The notes: generated by a model from the sequence alone, not told the origin. Counted from the first letter of the stretch, positions 27,933-37,979 are shown. The stretch: 64,000 bases of DNA from Chloroflexota bacterium (GCA_018606645.1 JAGVRI010000003.1:27322-91321), one strand, 5' to 3'. Made by a program: numbers and translations.

Positions 27933-30030
27933 CCTGACCCAACGTGCTCCCATTCCATGGGGGCTGACGGTCAGCGGGGTTCTGCTGTGGCTGGTGGCGG
28001 TCCTTCCTGCGTATTATGTGGTGCATAAGCCTTTTGCCGGCGAGTCTGCCCTGGTTTCGCCGACTATTTCCTTTAACTTTTCTGCCATGGCTCTCGCGAT
28101 CGGGAGCAGGCTGGCTGCTCTTGGTTTGCTGACGGCGACCGTCGTCATGGCGGCCGCCTGGGGCGGCCGTCTCGGCAGGTGGTTAGGCATTCCGTTCGAG
28201 TCCGATCTGGAACGATGGGCTCTGGGGGCCACGCTGGGCCTGGGCCTGCTGGGCAGTGTCGTGTTTGGACTGGGGGCCGTGGGTGGACTCTATCCCGCTG
28301 TCGCCTATCTTCTTCTCGGGGTCCTCGGAGTTGCCGGTGGACCAGAGGTCCGTACTCTGGTGCGAGGGTTGCGCCCTCGGCTGCATCCGATGCCAGGGAA
28401 CCGAATTCGCTGGCTCTGGCTTTACGCCGGCCTGGTGGGCCTGCTATCCCTGGGCGCTGCCCTCTTGCCCCCGACCGCCTGGGATGCATTGGTTTACCAT
28501 CTGCAAGGTCCTCGCCTCCATGTGGAGGCCCATCGCCTGATCGCTGTCCCGGAGAACTTTTATCTGAATTCGCCCGCCCAGGTGGAGATGCTCTTTACCT
28601 GGGGATTGCTGCTCCAGGGGGATCTGTTGGCCCAACTGCTCCATTGGGTCTTTTGGCCGTTGACGGCGATATTGCTGTACGCCCTGGTTCGACGGAACGG
28701 GAACCCTGAGGTTGGGGGGTGGGCTGTCGCTCTGTGGGCCTCGGTGCCCTTTGCCGGCGAACTGGCCGGGGTCGCCTATGTGGATGTCGGCCTGACCGCC
28801 TTTGTCCTGGGCAGCGCCTATGCCTTCCTGAAATGGACCGAATCGCAAAATGCGCGTTGGCTGACGCTGGCAGCCCTGTTCCTGGGGCTGGCTATGGCCA
28901 CCAAGTACACGGCGGTAACATGGCTGGGCCTTTTGGCTCTGCTGGTTGTGTACCATGGCGCACGGGACCAGAAGCGGCCTGTGGGTTGGGTCGTGAGCCA
29001 GGCGACCAAGATGGGAATGATCGCTGCCCTCCCCGTCCTCCCATGGCTGGTCAAGAACTGGATCGTGACCGGCAATCCGGTCTATCCGTTCCTGTGGGGC
29101 GGGGTGGGATGGAACGAGACACGGGCGGCATGGCTCCTCTGGCCCGGCCACGGCTACAGCCGCAACTTGCTGGACTATCTGGCGCTGCCCTGGACCATGA
29201 CCGTCACCGGGGTCAGCCGCACCGCTGCCTTTGACGCGACGACCGGCCCACTGCTGCTGTGCCTCGCGCCGTGGGTGGTTCTATTCCGGGGATTGCCCAA
29301 GGCGGTCCGCTATGCGCTGATCCTGATCGGCGGACAATGGGTCCTGTTTGCTCTCCTGATCGGGCGGTATGTGTATCTGGCCGAGACGCGCCTGTTGTTG
29401 CCCGCTTTTCCATTGCTCTGTCTGGTGGCTGCCTTTGTCCTGGATCACCTGTCTCTCTGGGATCGAGCGGGGTTGCGCCTGTCCCGGGTCGTCAGGGGGA
29501 TCGTGGTCATGGTGCTGGTGCTGACGCTGGCGACTGAAGCATGGGCGTTCCTGGGATCTCGACCGTTGCCGGCGTTGCTGGGTTTGGAGCCGCGCCAGAA
29601 CTACCTGGCGCGGCGACTGGGCGCTTTTTGGGACGCGATGAGCTATGTAAATGAACAATTGCCTGACCATGTCCGACTCTTCTTTCTGTGGGAACCCCGA
29701 GGCTACTACTGTGACCGTCCGGCGCAGGCCGATGTCACACTCGACAACCTGGCTCAGCTCCGCGTGCGCTATGGGGACGCCGATAGGGCGGTGGCGGCGT
29801 TGCAGGCGGGAGGTTTTACGCATCTTCTTTTCCATAAAACGGGCTTGGAGTTCCTGCAACAGCCGTCTATCCCTCCTCCGACGCTCGGTCGCTTGTTCAG
29901 ACCCGTGCTCCCGACCGAATCGTATTACCCGATCACCGCAACCGATCTCGATTTTCTGGCTACGATTCTCGAAAAATGCCAGAAAATCAAAGACATCGCT
30001 GCAACCTATGAGGTTTACCAAATCCCTTGA
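27907..30030 (+). CDS. GT-C fold polytopic membrane glycosyltransferase-like protein
   Basis: ~15 TM-like segments, C-terminal soluble domain; overlaps upstream stop; alternative ATG at 27919. Confidence 0.6.
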   Translation: MVGPMKQDNLTQRAPIPWGLTVSGVLLWLVAVLPAYYVVHKPFAGESALVSPTISFNFSAMALAIGSRLAALGLLTATVVMAAAWGGRLGRWLGIPFESDLERWALGATLGLGLLGSVVFGLGAVGGLYPAVAYLLLGVLGVAGGPEVRTLVRGLRPRLHPMPGNRIRWLWLYAGLVGLLSLGAALLPPTAWDALVYHLQGPRLHVEAHRLIAVPENFYLNSPAQVEMLFTWGLLLQGDLLAQLLHWVFWPLTAILLYALVRRNGNPEVGGWAVALWASVPFAGELAGVAYVDVGLTAFVLGSAYAFLKWTESQNARWLTLAALFLGLAMATKYTAVTWLGLLALLVVYHGARDQKRPVGWVVSQATKMGMIAALPVLPWLVKNWIVTGNPVYPFLWGGVGWNETRAAWLLWPGHGYSRNLLDYLALPWTMTVTGVSRTAAFDATTGPLLLCLAPWVVLFRGLPKAVRYALILIGGQWVLFALLIGRYVYLAETRLLLPAFPLLCLVAAFVLDHLSLWDRAGLRLSRVVRGIVVMVLVLTLATEAWAFLGSRPLPALLGLEPRQNYLARRLGAFWDAMSYVNEQLPDHVRLFFLWEPRGYYCDRPAQADVTLDNLAQLRVRYGDADRAVAALQAGGFTHLLFHKTGLEFLQQPSIPPPTLGRLFRPVLPTESYYPITATDLDFLATILEKCQKIKDIAATYEVYQIP

Positions 30031-30131
30031 CGGTACAATCGAACTATTGGCAACATGGGCCATTTCTGCTATACTTGCACTGGAGCAAGTTCGTCTTCGG
30101 GAAGCCGGTTTCGTGGAAAAGATGGCCAGAG

Positions 30132-31796
30132 ATGCAGAAGACAAGACCCCAGTTGTTGTCCCGTGCTAGGTCTGAAGATGGCTCTATCCTGACCTGGTCC
30201 GTCCTCTTGATCTTCTTCCTTGCCCTGGCTCTCCGCTGGCTGTACGTCCAGGTGGTGGTCTTTCCTCCCCTGGATGATCCCGCGTTCTACCTGACCACGG
30301 CCCAAAACCTGGTGGCCGGACGCGGCCTGGAAATAGATGCTCTATGGAGCTATCAGGTCCCGTTTGAGGGGGTCACCCATCCCAGCCACGAGCACTGGAT
30401 GCCGCTGACCACCGGGTTGATGGCGGTCGCTCTCGCGATCCAGCGGTTGCTGGGGGGAGCATCCCAGAGCCCCTTGCGCGCCGGTCAGATGCCGGGGTGG
30501 ATCATGGGCGCCCTGCTGGTGCCGCTGACCTATTGGGTGGGCCGGTGGGCTCTTCCGGCAAGAGCGGGCAGCCGCCAGGTTGCGCTGGGCGCGGCCCTCC
30601 TGGTCGCGGCGAACGCGACCTTGAGTTACCAGGCGGCCAGCGCGGATAGCAGCGCGCCCTTTGCCCTGCTGGGGGCTGGGGTGCTGGCCGCCGCCGGGCG
30701 GAAATCCGGGACAGGAGGGGGGTTTTTGAGCATCGGCCTGCTGATCGGCCTTGCCTACCTGACCCGCGCCGACGGCCTGCTATTCCTTCTGGCCGTACCG
30801 CTGGCTTGGTGGCTTGGACCCCGGCCGGCCTGGAACGGTCGGCCTGGGGAAAGCTCGCCGGAGGTCGGCCAAGGCAGACGCAGACCCGGTCTGGTCGGCA
30901 TGGTGGATATGGGAGCAGGCTTTTTCCTGGTCGTCATCCCGTGGTTGGTGCGGAATTACCTGGCTTTTGGCACGCCGCTCCCCAGCTCGGTGCTCCACCA
31001 GGCATGGTTAACCGACTATCTGGACACCTTTAACTATCTCACCCACCCGACCTGGCGGAGCTGGATGGCTCAGGGCTGGGTCGAGAGCCTGGCCCAGCGG
31101 GGCCAGGCTCTTCTCCACAACGGGAAGGTGTTTCTGGTCAGCACGTTCCCGTGGGGGGTGCTGGCTCTACCGGGCTTGTGGTGGCTCCGCCGGGAGCCGG
31201 CCTTCTTCCCTTCTCTGGTCTACAGCCTGCTCCTGTACCTGGTGATGGCGCTTGCCTTTCCTGTATCCTCGATGTCCGGGACGTTCTACCATTCCTTGGG
31301 AGCGGTGACTCCCTTTTGGGCCTTGAGTGCGGTTTATGCGGTACAGGTGGCTGCTGAGCGGTTCGGGAAGAGCCGCGATCCGCGCTTGATCGGCCCGACC
31401 CGGACGGCACTGGTGGTGGGGTTGGCGGTGCTGAGCGGGGCGCAGGCGGCCCTGGCCTTGCCCACGGTCGCAGCTCGCCATCGGGCGGAAAAGGAGCAGT
31501 ATGAAGCGATAGCCCGGTGGCTGGCCGATCATGCCGCTCCGGGCGACGTGGTGATGACCACACAGCCCTACACCCTGCATTACGCCAGCGGCCATCCGTG
31601 TATCGTTCTGCCGGGCAATGAATCGCCTGAGGCCGCATGGCAGGCCGCGCAACGGTATGGCGCCCGGTACCTGGTCATCACCCAGACCTTCGGACAGTAT
31701 CCTCGCATCCTGCACGATCGGCCGGATCCGCGTTTTCTGCCGCTTGTTGCCACCGACGACGCCGAGATCTATGCCATCCAGGGAGAGACCCCGTGA
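30132..31796 (+). CDS. GT-C fold polytopic membrane glycosyltransferase-like protein
   Basis: Paralog of 31793-33406 gene (shared motifs HPxxEHWMPL, VRNYLAFGTPLP, ARYLVI); ATG 30132 chosen, TTG at 30027 possible. Confidence 0.6.
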   Translation: MQKTRPQLLSRARSEDGSILTWSVLLIFFLALALRWLYVQVVVFPPLDDPAFYLTTAQNLVAGRGLEIDALWSYQVPFEGVTHPSHEHWMPLTTGLMAVALAIQRLLGGASQSPLRAGQMPGWIMGALLVPLTYWVGRWALPARAGSRQVALGAALLVAANATLSYQAASADSSAPFALLGAGVLAAAGRKSGTGGGFLSIGLLIGLAYLTRADGLLFLLAVPLAWWLGPRPAWNGRPGESSPEVGQGRRRPGLVGMVDMGAGFFLVVIPWLVRNYLAFGTPLPSSVLHQAWLTDYLDTFNYLTHPTWRSWMAQGWVESLAQRGQALLHNGKVFLVSTFPWGVLALPGLWWLRREPAFFPSLVYSLLLYLVMALAFPVSSMSGTFYHSLGAVTPFWALSAVYAVQVAAERFGKSRDPRLIGPTRTALVVGLAVLSGAQAALALPTVAARHRAEKEQYEAIARWLADHAAPGDVVMTTQPYTLHYASGHPCIVLPGNESPEAAWQAAQRYGARYLVITQTFGQYPRILHDRPDPRFLPLVATDDAEIYAIQGETP

Positions 31797-33406
31797 AGTG
31801 GCCGCCTCCCCTTCGCCCTGATCTCAAACACCTGGCATGGCCACTGGCTGTGCTGATCCTGTCCCTTGTGGTTCGTCTGCTCACGGCCTGGCCGCTGGGC
31901 CAGCCCGGCTATACCGATGCCTATTACTATGCCGTCGGGGCGCGACAACTATATGGCGGTCAGGGGTTCAGCGAGCCGTTTGTCTGGAACTACCTCAGCC
32001 CGCCCGAGCGCGTCCCCCACCCCGGCTACGAGTACTGGATGCCGCTGGCCGCCATGCTGGGCTGGCTGGGGCTGGCCCTGGGCGGCGATTCCTTCCGCGC
32101 CCTCCAGGCGCCGTTCCTCGTGCTGGCTGCTGTGCTGCCGGTCATCGCCTATGGGGTGGCCTGGGACCTGACCGGCAAGCGAAAGCATGCGCTGCTGGCG
32201 GGAGGGCTGGCGGTTTTCCCCGGCTTCTATGCCCACGTCCTGGTCCTGCCCGACACCTTTGCCCCGTTTGCGGTGGTCGGCAGCGCCTGCCTGTGGGCCA
32301 CGGGTCGAGGTCTGCGCAGCGGTCGGGCGCGGTGGTTCGGGGCAGCCGGGCTGGCCGCCGGGCTGGCCCATCTAGCACGGGCCGATGGGATGCTGTTGGC
32401 CGGGGTGGTCCTGCTGGCGGCAGTGGCTCAGCGTCCCCGGTCTGGCAGCCGGTGGGGCGGAGGCTGGTGGACTCGAGCGGTCAGCCTGGCGATGACCGTG
32501 GCCGGCTATCTGGCGGTGATGGGCCCGTGGTTCCTCCGCAACTGGCGGACCTTTGGCACGCCGCTGCCTGGGTCCGGGATGTCCACGCTCTTCCTGACGT
32601 CGTATGACGACATGTTCGCCTATGGCCGGCGCCTGACATGGTCCACCTACCTGAGCTGGGGCTGGGAGCCGGTCCTGCGGTCCAAGGCGGAGGCGCTGTG
32701 GATCAACCTGCAGCGCCTGTGGGTGGAGAACCTGCTCGTCTTTCTGCTGCCGTTCGCTGCCCTGGGGCTGTGGCGGCTGCGCCGGGACCGCCGGCTGTGG
32801 CCCTTCCTTCTCTATCTGCCGCTCTTGTTTGGGGCGATGACCATCGCCTTCACGTTTCCAGGGATGCGAGGCGGACTCTACCATTCGGGCGGGGCGCTGC
32901 TGCCCTTCTTTTTTGCGGCAGCGGGACCGGGATTGGAGGCGGCGCTCCAGGCGGCGGCGCGGCGGTTCCGGGGATGGCAGACAAAGACGGCATGGACGGT
33001 GTTTGCCGTCGGGTTCGTGGGGTTGGCGGCGCTGGTGACGCTCCTGGCGCTGGCGCGGGCGGGAGTGCTGACCGGGGAGTGGAACGAGCGGGACCGCGGC
33101 TATGCGGAGATTGGGGATTGGCTGGCGGGGCAGGGGGCAACCGGCGCGGTGGTGATGGTCGGCGACGCGCCGGGTTTTAGCTGGCACACCGGTCATCCGG
33201 CGGTTGCCGTGCCGAACGAGCCGCTGGAGGTCATCCTGGCGGTGGCAGACCGATACAGCGCGCGCTATCTGGTCCTGGATGCCAAACGTCCCCGCACGAC
33301 CGATGCCCTGTACGAAGGGCGGGCCGGGCATTCGCGGCTGGTGCTGCGGTGCACGGTGAGTCGCCAAGATCAGCGTTGGCAAGTGTATGAGGTCCGGGAG
33401 CCCTGA
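31793..33406 (+). CDS. GT-C fold polytopic membrane glycosyltransferase-like protein
   Basis: GTG start overlapping upstream stop (gtga); motifs HPGYEYWMPL, LRNWRTFGTPLP, ARYLVL shared with upstream paralog. Confidence 0.6.
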   Translation: MKWPPPLRPDLKHLAWPLAVLILSLVVRLLTAWPLGQPGYTDAYYYAVGARQLYGGQGFSEPFVWNYLSPPERVPHPGYEYWMPLAAMLGWLGLALGGDSFRALQAPFLVLAAVLPVIAYGVAWDLTGKRKHALLAGGLAVFPGFYAHVLVLPDTFAPFAVVGSACLWATGRGLRSGRARWFGAAGLAAGLAHLARADGMLLAGVVLLAAVAQRPRSGSRWGGGWWTRAVSLAMTVAGYLAVMGPWFLRNWRTFGTPLPGSGMSTLFLTSYDDMFAYGRRLTWSTYLSWGWEPVLRSKAEALWINLQRLWVENLLVFLLPFAALGLWRLRRDRRLWPFLLYLPLLFGAMTIAFTFPGMRGGLYHSGGALLPFFFAAAGPGLEAALQAAARRFRGWQTKTAWTVFAVGFVGLAALVTLLALARAGVLTGEWNERDRGYAEIGDWLAGQGATGAVVMVGDAPGFSWHTGHPAVAVPNEPLEVILAVADRYSARYLVLDAKRPRTTDALYEGRAGHSRLVLRCTVSRQDQRWQVYEVREP

Positions 33407-33430
33407 CAGGGGCACTGCACGGAGGGCCCA

Positions 33431-35038
33431 GTGAAACAGGCTGAGAAGGGTTGGACGCATCAGTGGCTGGTGATGGGGATGGTGGCCCTGTTGAGCACGG
33501 GTCTCTACCCGCTCTACTCCTATCTCGGCGGCCATCTCGGCTTTCCGCTGGACGACGCCTGGATCCACCAGACCTACGCCCGCAATCTGGCCCAGACCGG
33601 ACAGCTTGCCTATCGGCCCGGTCAGCCTAGCGCCGGGTCCACCTCGCCAGCGTGGAGTTTCCTTCTTTCCCTGGCCTACCTGGTCGGTCTGGACTACCGC
33701 TTATGGGCCTACCTATTGGGCGGGCTGGCGTTGGCCGCCAGCGCCTGGCTCACCCGCCGCCTCTTTCTGCGTCTGGCTCCCCGGCGCCCCCAGGCCGCCC
33801 TGTGGACCGGGCTCCTGGTTGCCACGGAGTGGCACCTGGTCTGGGCTGCGGCGTCGGGCATGGAAACGATGCTCTTTACCGCGCTGTCGCTGGCGCTCCT
33901 GGATTATTTCTGGGGCTACGCGGCCGGGCCGTCCGCCGCTACCGGACCGGTCAGTCTCCAGACGGAGCGGACGATGGTCAGCGCCGTCGGCATCGGCTTG
34001 CTGGGCGGGCTGCTGGTGGTCACCCGACCGGAAGGACTGGGATTGGCGGCGTTGGTGGCCGTCGCATTTCTGGTGGTTCCAGGTCCTACCGGCCGCAAGA
34101 TGACCAGGACGCGCTTCCTGGCGGCCGGGGCGTTGCTGGCGGCCTTTGGGCTGATTGCGGGGCCCTATGTGGCCTTTAACCTGAGGACGGCGGGAGCGGT
34201 CTTTCCCACGACCTTCTATGCGAAACAGACCGAATATCAGATCTCCCTTGCGCTGCCGGTCCGTTTCTGGCAGGTACTGAGCCCCACCTTGGTCGGCGCT
34301 CAGGTGCTGCTCCTGCCCGGCCTGGGCTATGGGCTCTATCGGCTGCTGCGCCACATCCTTTCTCATCGGAACGCTGCTCATGGTGAGCCCAAGCGCTTGG
34401 AAATCGTGCCGGCGCTCTTGCCGCTGGGATGGTGGGCGGCGCTGCTCGTCGTCTACACCCTGCGTTTGCCGGTCGCGTACCAGCATGGCCGCTATGTCAT
34501 GCCCACCATCCCGCTGCTCCTCCTCTACGGTTCCTGGGGCACGGCCGAGTTGCTGCGCCCACGCTCTTCTCAGCCGTGGCAGCGCGTGCTCAGTCGAAGC
34601 GTGCTTGCGGCCCTGATCCTGCTGGTGGGGTGGTTCTGGGGACGGGGGGCGATCGCCTACCGCGATGAAGTGGGCTTTATTGAGGGGGAGATGGTGGCCG
34701 TTGCCGAATGGCTGAATGAGCATACAGACCCCGGAGACTGGATCGCGGTGCATGACATTGGCGCCATCGGATATTTTGCCGATCGCCCGCTTCTGGACCT
34801 GGCCGGATTGATCAGTCCGGAGGTGATCCCGTTCATGACCGATGCAGAGAGGCTGATGAACTGGATCGCCGAGCGGGGGGCCAGGTATCTCGTCTTTTTC
34901 CCTGACTTTTCGACCACCTATCGCCGGCTTTCGACGGATCCCAGGCTCCAGGTGGTCTATTGCACCGACCATGCCTGGACGCGGCAGCAGGGACATGAGA
35001 ATATGTGCGTGTACCGCCTTACGAGTATCGTTCCGTGA
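33431..35038 (+). CDS. GT-C fold polytopic membrane glycosyltransferase-like protein
   Basis: Loop motif FPLDDAWIHQTYARN, many TM segments, C-terminal soluble domain ending ARYLVFFPD shared with paralogs. Confidence 0.6.
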   Translation: MKQAEKGWTHQWLVMGMVALLSTGLYPLYSYLGGHLGFPLDDAWIHQTYARNLAQTGQLAYRPGQPSAGSTSPAWSFLLSLAYLVGLDYRLWAYLLGGLALAASAWLTRRLFLRLAPRRPQAALWTGLLVATEWHLVWAAASGMETMLFTALSLALLDYFWGYAAGPSAATGPVSLQTERTMVSAVGIGLLGGLLVVTRPEGLGLAALVAVAFLVVPGPTGRKMTRTRFLAAGALLAAFGLIAGPYVAFNLRTAGAVFPTTFYAKQTEYQISLALPVRFWQVLSPTLVGAQVLLLPGLGYGLYRLLRHILSHRNAAHGEPKRLEIVPALLPLGWWAALLVVYTLRLPVAYQHGRYVMPTIPLLLLYGSWGTAELLRPRSSQPWQRVLSRSVLAALILLVGWFWGRGAIAYRDEVGFIEGEMVAVAEWLNEHTDPGDWIAVHDIGAIGYFADRPLLDLAGLISPEVIPFMTDAERLMNWIAERGARYLVFFPDFSTTYRRLSTDPRLQVVYCTDHAWTRQQGHENMCVYRLTSIVP

Positions 35039-35227
35039 CCGCCTGACGGTTCACTCCAGGGTTGTCGCATGAAAATAGCCGGCGGCTGAAGCCGCGCCTG
35101 TCAGGCCGGCGGCCGAACGTCCCCCGGCGGGGACGCGTTCCGTCGGCGCAGGCCGACGGCCAGCCGAAGGTTCTTGAGGGGCGATTTCAATCGCGGTCTA
35201 TTATCGAGGAGCCTTTCGGCGGGTTGT

Positions 35228-35325
35228 CCGGCTGAAGCCTCGACTCCCGGATGCGGGGAGCGGTCTGTTTCGAAGGGAGGTGGAGTGGAGCCTTCAGGCG
35301 GTGGACCGGCTAAAGCCTCGACTCC
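35228..35325. repeat. family A palindromic elements: half copy (35228-35247) plus compact 44-bp copy 2 (35282-35325)
   Basis: ccggctgaagcctcgactcc then ggagtggagccttcaggcggtggaccggctaaagcctcgactcc. Confidence 0.8.
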
Positions 35326-35330
35326 TGGAT

Positions 35331-35455
35331 GCGAGGAGCGGCATTCCCGGCAACAGCGCATGAGGCCAGGGAGTTCTGGCCAATGGCGGCGATTCAAGCG
35401 GCAGGTGATCAGCGGGAATGCCTCGCCGCTACGACGTGGATGGAGAATGCACAGC
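35331..35455 (+). repeat. ~120-bp repeat family B, copy 1
   Basis: gcgaggagcggcattcccgg...ttctggccaatggcggcgattcaagcggcagg...cgggaatgcctcgccgctac...gagaatgcacagc; internal inverted repeat ggcattcc/ggaatgcc; aligns at ~75-80% with 37980-38101. Confidence 0.7.
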
Positions 35456-35479
35456 TCTATGAAGAGGATAGCACTCGAG

Positions 35480-35508
35480 TTGTAATCAAATGAATTCTGT
35501 GCTATACT
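35480..35508 (+). promoter_or_regulatory. sigma70-like promoter TTGTAA-N17-TATACT
   Basis: AT-rich island 80 nt upstream of the response-regulator gene. Confidence 0.5.
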
Positions 35509-35587
35509 AATAGCTGTCAGCGGTGCATCGGACGAGTCTCGGCAGGTTCTCGCTGAAAGCCGAGAAGGCAGGGCGGGGGTAAAGCCT

Positions 35588-36277
35588 ATGCACAGAATCA
35601 CGGTCATGTTGGTGGACGATCATCCTGTTTTCCGCCAGGGCTTGCGTCGAGTACTGGAGAGCGAAGATGACCTGGAAGTGATCGCCGAGGTGGACGATGG
35701 CCTGGAAGCCCTGCGTCTGGCCAAGGAGATGGTCCCCGATGTGATGCTGCTGGATATTAACCTACCGGGCATGAACGGCCTCCAGGTGGCCCGCGCCCTG
35801 AAAGACACCCTGCTGGAGATCAACATCATCATGTTGACCGCCTATCATGATGATCAACAGGTGTTCCATTCGATCCAGGCCGGCGCCTCGGCCTACTTTC
35901 CCAAGGATGTCAGCCCACGACGGTTGATCGAGGCGATCCGATTGGTACACCAGGGGTGTTATGTGGTCGAAGATCGGGTGCTGGAAAAGCCTCAGGTGGG
36001 CCAGTGGCTTCTCGAGCAATTTGAGCGGATCTCGCCGAACGCAGACGGGGATCTGGGCGGGCTGTTGTTGCCGTTGTCTCCGCGCGAGATGGAGATCCTG
36101 CTCTTTATCGCCCAGGGCAAGAGCAACAAGGAAATTGCGTACGAGCTGGGCATCAGTCGCCAGACGGTCAAGAACCACATGACCAGCATCCTGCGCAAGC
36201 TGGCGGTGAACGATCGCACCCAGGCGGCCATCTATGCGCTGCGCCGGGGTTGGATCCGTCTCCAGGATATTGGCTGA
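35588..36277 (+). CDS. LuxR/NarL-family response regulator (DegU-like)
   Basis: Receiver (VMLVDDHP...LLDINLPGMNG) plus C-terminal LuxR HTH (LSPREMEILLFIAQGKSNKEIAYELGISRQTVKNH). Confidence 0.9.
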   Translation: MHRITVMLVDDHPVFRQGLRRVLESEDDLEVIAEVDDGLEALRLAKEMVPDVMLLDINLPGMNGLQVARALKDTLLEINIIMLTAYHDDQQVFHSIQAGASAYFPKDVSPRRLIEAIRLVHQGCYVVEDRVLEKPQVGQWLLEQFERISPNADGDLGGLLLPLSPREMEILLFIAQGKSNKEIAYELGISRQTVKNHMTSILRKLAVNDRTQAAIYALRRGWIRLQDIG

Positions 36278-36350
36278 GGGAATGACAGATCGTCCTGTCG
36301 AGAGGGATTCATCTCTTGCCTCGGATCCTGAACCAGAAGGTTCTGAAATC

Positions 36351-37442
36351 ATGAATGTCTCGAATGAGGTGAGGTGGATGGCGGAAGAACAGGCTCAGAC
36401 CGGCATGGAACTGCTCACCGCTCTGATTCAGGAGAGCCAGAGCGACTATGAGCAGCTTCAGAAGGAACTCAAAGAGATCGATGTCCTCATCCGACAAAGC
36501 GCCACCGAGGTGGAGAAGCTGACCCAGCGCAACTCGCAGATGGGCAACCGGGTGCGCCAGATGGAGATGAACCTCGACACCTACCCCCGCAACGATATCC
36601 GCGAGATCTATCTCGCCGCCCACGAGATCCAGATGCGCCTGTTCATGATGCGCGGGCAACTGGAGCAACTGCAGAATCGCCAGCAAAGCCTGGAGCAGCA
36701 GAGCCAATACCTGGCGCGGCTGATTGACATCCTGAGCCAGATCGCGCCCTCTGACCTTGTTCGAGACGTGAACCGCGCCCATCCGGCGGTGCATAGCGAC
36801 GTGGTGCGCGTCATCGAAGCCCAGGAGAATGAACGCCAGCGGCTGGCGCGGCAGATCCATGACGGGCCGGCGCAATCGCTCACCAATCTGATCCTGCAGG
36901 CCGAGATCTGCGAGCGGCTCTTTGACACCGATCCGGTCCAGGCCCGCGTTGAACTGGGCAATCTCAAGAACTCGGTGAATGCCACCTTCCAGAAGATCCG
37001 CGAGTTTATCCTGATGTTGCGCCCGATGATGCTCGATGACCTGGGCCTCATGCCGACGCTGAAGCAGTACGTCCAGGATTTTGAGGAAAAGACGCGACTT
37101 TCCACCAGTTTGACGATCATGGGGCGTGAGAGCCGGCTTCCTTCCTACACCGAGGTGACCATCTTTCGCATGATCCAGGAATTGCTGAACAATGTGCGCA
37201 TTCATGCCCATGCCAGCCATGCCCAGGTGACCCTCGATTTTCAGGATACAATGGTCGTGGTCAGCGTCGAAGATGACGGTAGCGGCTTTGATGTGGAAGA
37301 GGTGCAGAAGGCGATCCAACAGCGGAAGGGGTTGGGGCTGCACACCATCCAGGAACGGGCCGAAATGCTGGGCGGCCGCGTCCAGTTGGACAGCCGCATT
37401 GGGCGTGGGACCCGGGTTCGGATTGAAATTCCAATAGAATAG
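36351..37442 (+). CDS. cytoplasmic sensor histidine kinase, HisKA_3 family (DegS-like)
   Basis: No TM segments; N-terminal coiled-coil region, H-box ERQRLARQIHDGPAQSL, HATPase_c; RBS GAAGG upstream of ATG 36351. Confidence 0.85.
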   Translation: MNVSNEVRWMAEEQAQTGMELLTALIQESQSDYEQLQKELKEIDVLIRQSATEVEKLTQRNSQMGNRVRQMEMNLDTYPRNDIREIYLAAHEIQMRLFMMRGQLEQLQNRQQSLEQQSQYLARLIDILSQIAPSDLVRDVNRAHPAVHSDVVRVIEAQENERQRLARQIHDGPAQSLTNLILQAEICERLFDTDPVQARVELGNLKNSVNATFQKIREFILMLRPMMLDDLGLMPTLKQYVQDFEEKTRLSTSLTIMGRESRLPSYTEVTIFRMIQELLNNVRIHAHASHAQVTLDFQDTMVVVSVEDDGSGFDVEEVQKAIQQRKGLGLHTIQERAEMLGGRVQLDSRIGRGTRVRIEIPIE

Positions 37443-37455
37443 TACTTCTGTACTA

Positions 37456-37484
37456 TTGAAAATTAGAACTAGATCAGTTATAAT
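37456..37484 (+). promoter_or_regulatory. consensus sigma70-type promoter TTGAAA-N17-TATAAT
   Basis: ttgaaa 37456-37461, 17-nt spacer, tataat 37479-37484, in a strongly AT-rich island; ~65 nt upstream of flp. Confidence 0.6.
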
Positions 37485-37551
37485 AGAAGCATCCTGGAGA
37501 TATCTGTACGTTGATACCCCGAGAATTATTAAAGAAAGGAGGTGTACCGAA

Positions 37552-37698
37552 ATGCTGTTTCTACCGCGCGAGGAAGGACAGGGGCTCGTTGAATATGCGT
37601 TGATTCTTGTTCTGGTGGCGATTGTGGTCATTGCCATTCTGCTCCTGGTCGGTCCGGCCGTGGGCAACGTCTTTAGCACCATCGTCAACGCCATCTAA
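37552..37698 (+). CDS. flp: Flp family type IVb pilin (48 aa)
   Basis: MLFLPREEGQGLVEYALILVLVAIVVIAILLLVGPAVGNVFSTIVNAI: Flp motif G/(E/Q)GxVEYALIL, hydrophobic stretch, Gly cleavage site; strong RBS AAAGGAGG. Confidence 0.85.
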   Translation: MLFLPREEGQGLVEYALILVLVAIVVIAILLLVGPAVGNVFSTIVNAI

Positions 37699-37730
37699 CG
37701 ACCGAGCGACAGCGACCCTGTCAACGAACG

Positions 37731-37770
37731 GAAGAGCCTCACCCCTCAGGTGGGGCTCTTCCCCTTTTTG
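37731..37770 (+). terminator. intrinsic terminator downstream of flp
   Basis: gaagagccucaccccucagguggggcucuuc: 8 bp + U:G + 4 bp stem, 5-nt loop, followed by CCCCUUUUUG. Confidence 0.7.
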
Positions 37771-37979
37771 CGCTAGTACCAAGAGGCTATTGTCAACCGG
37801 GTAAATTCACCGTATACTAGAAACCGATGGCAGACAGAAGGTGGACGGCGAAGCGATTTGGAATGTCGGAGCAGGAATTGCGCCCTTGCCTGGCGCAGAG
37901 GTTGAGCGGGATGGCCCGTAGCCTCCCAGGATGTCCAGCCGTGGCTCGTGGTGGGCAGGGCCGTTGGAAGGTCGGGCCT

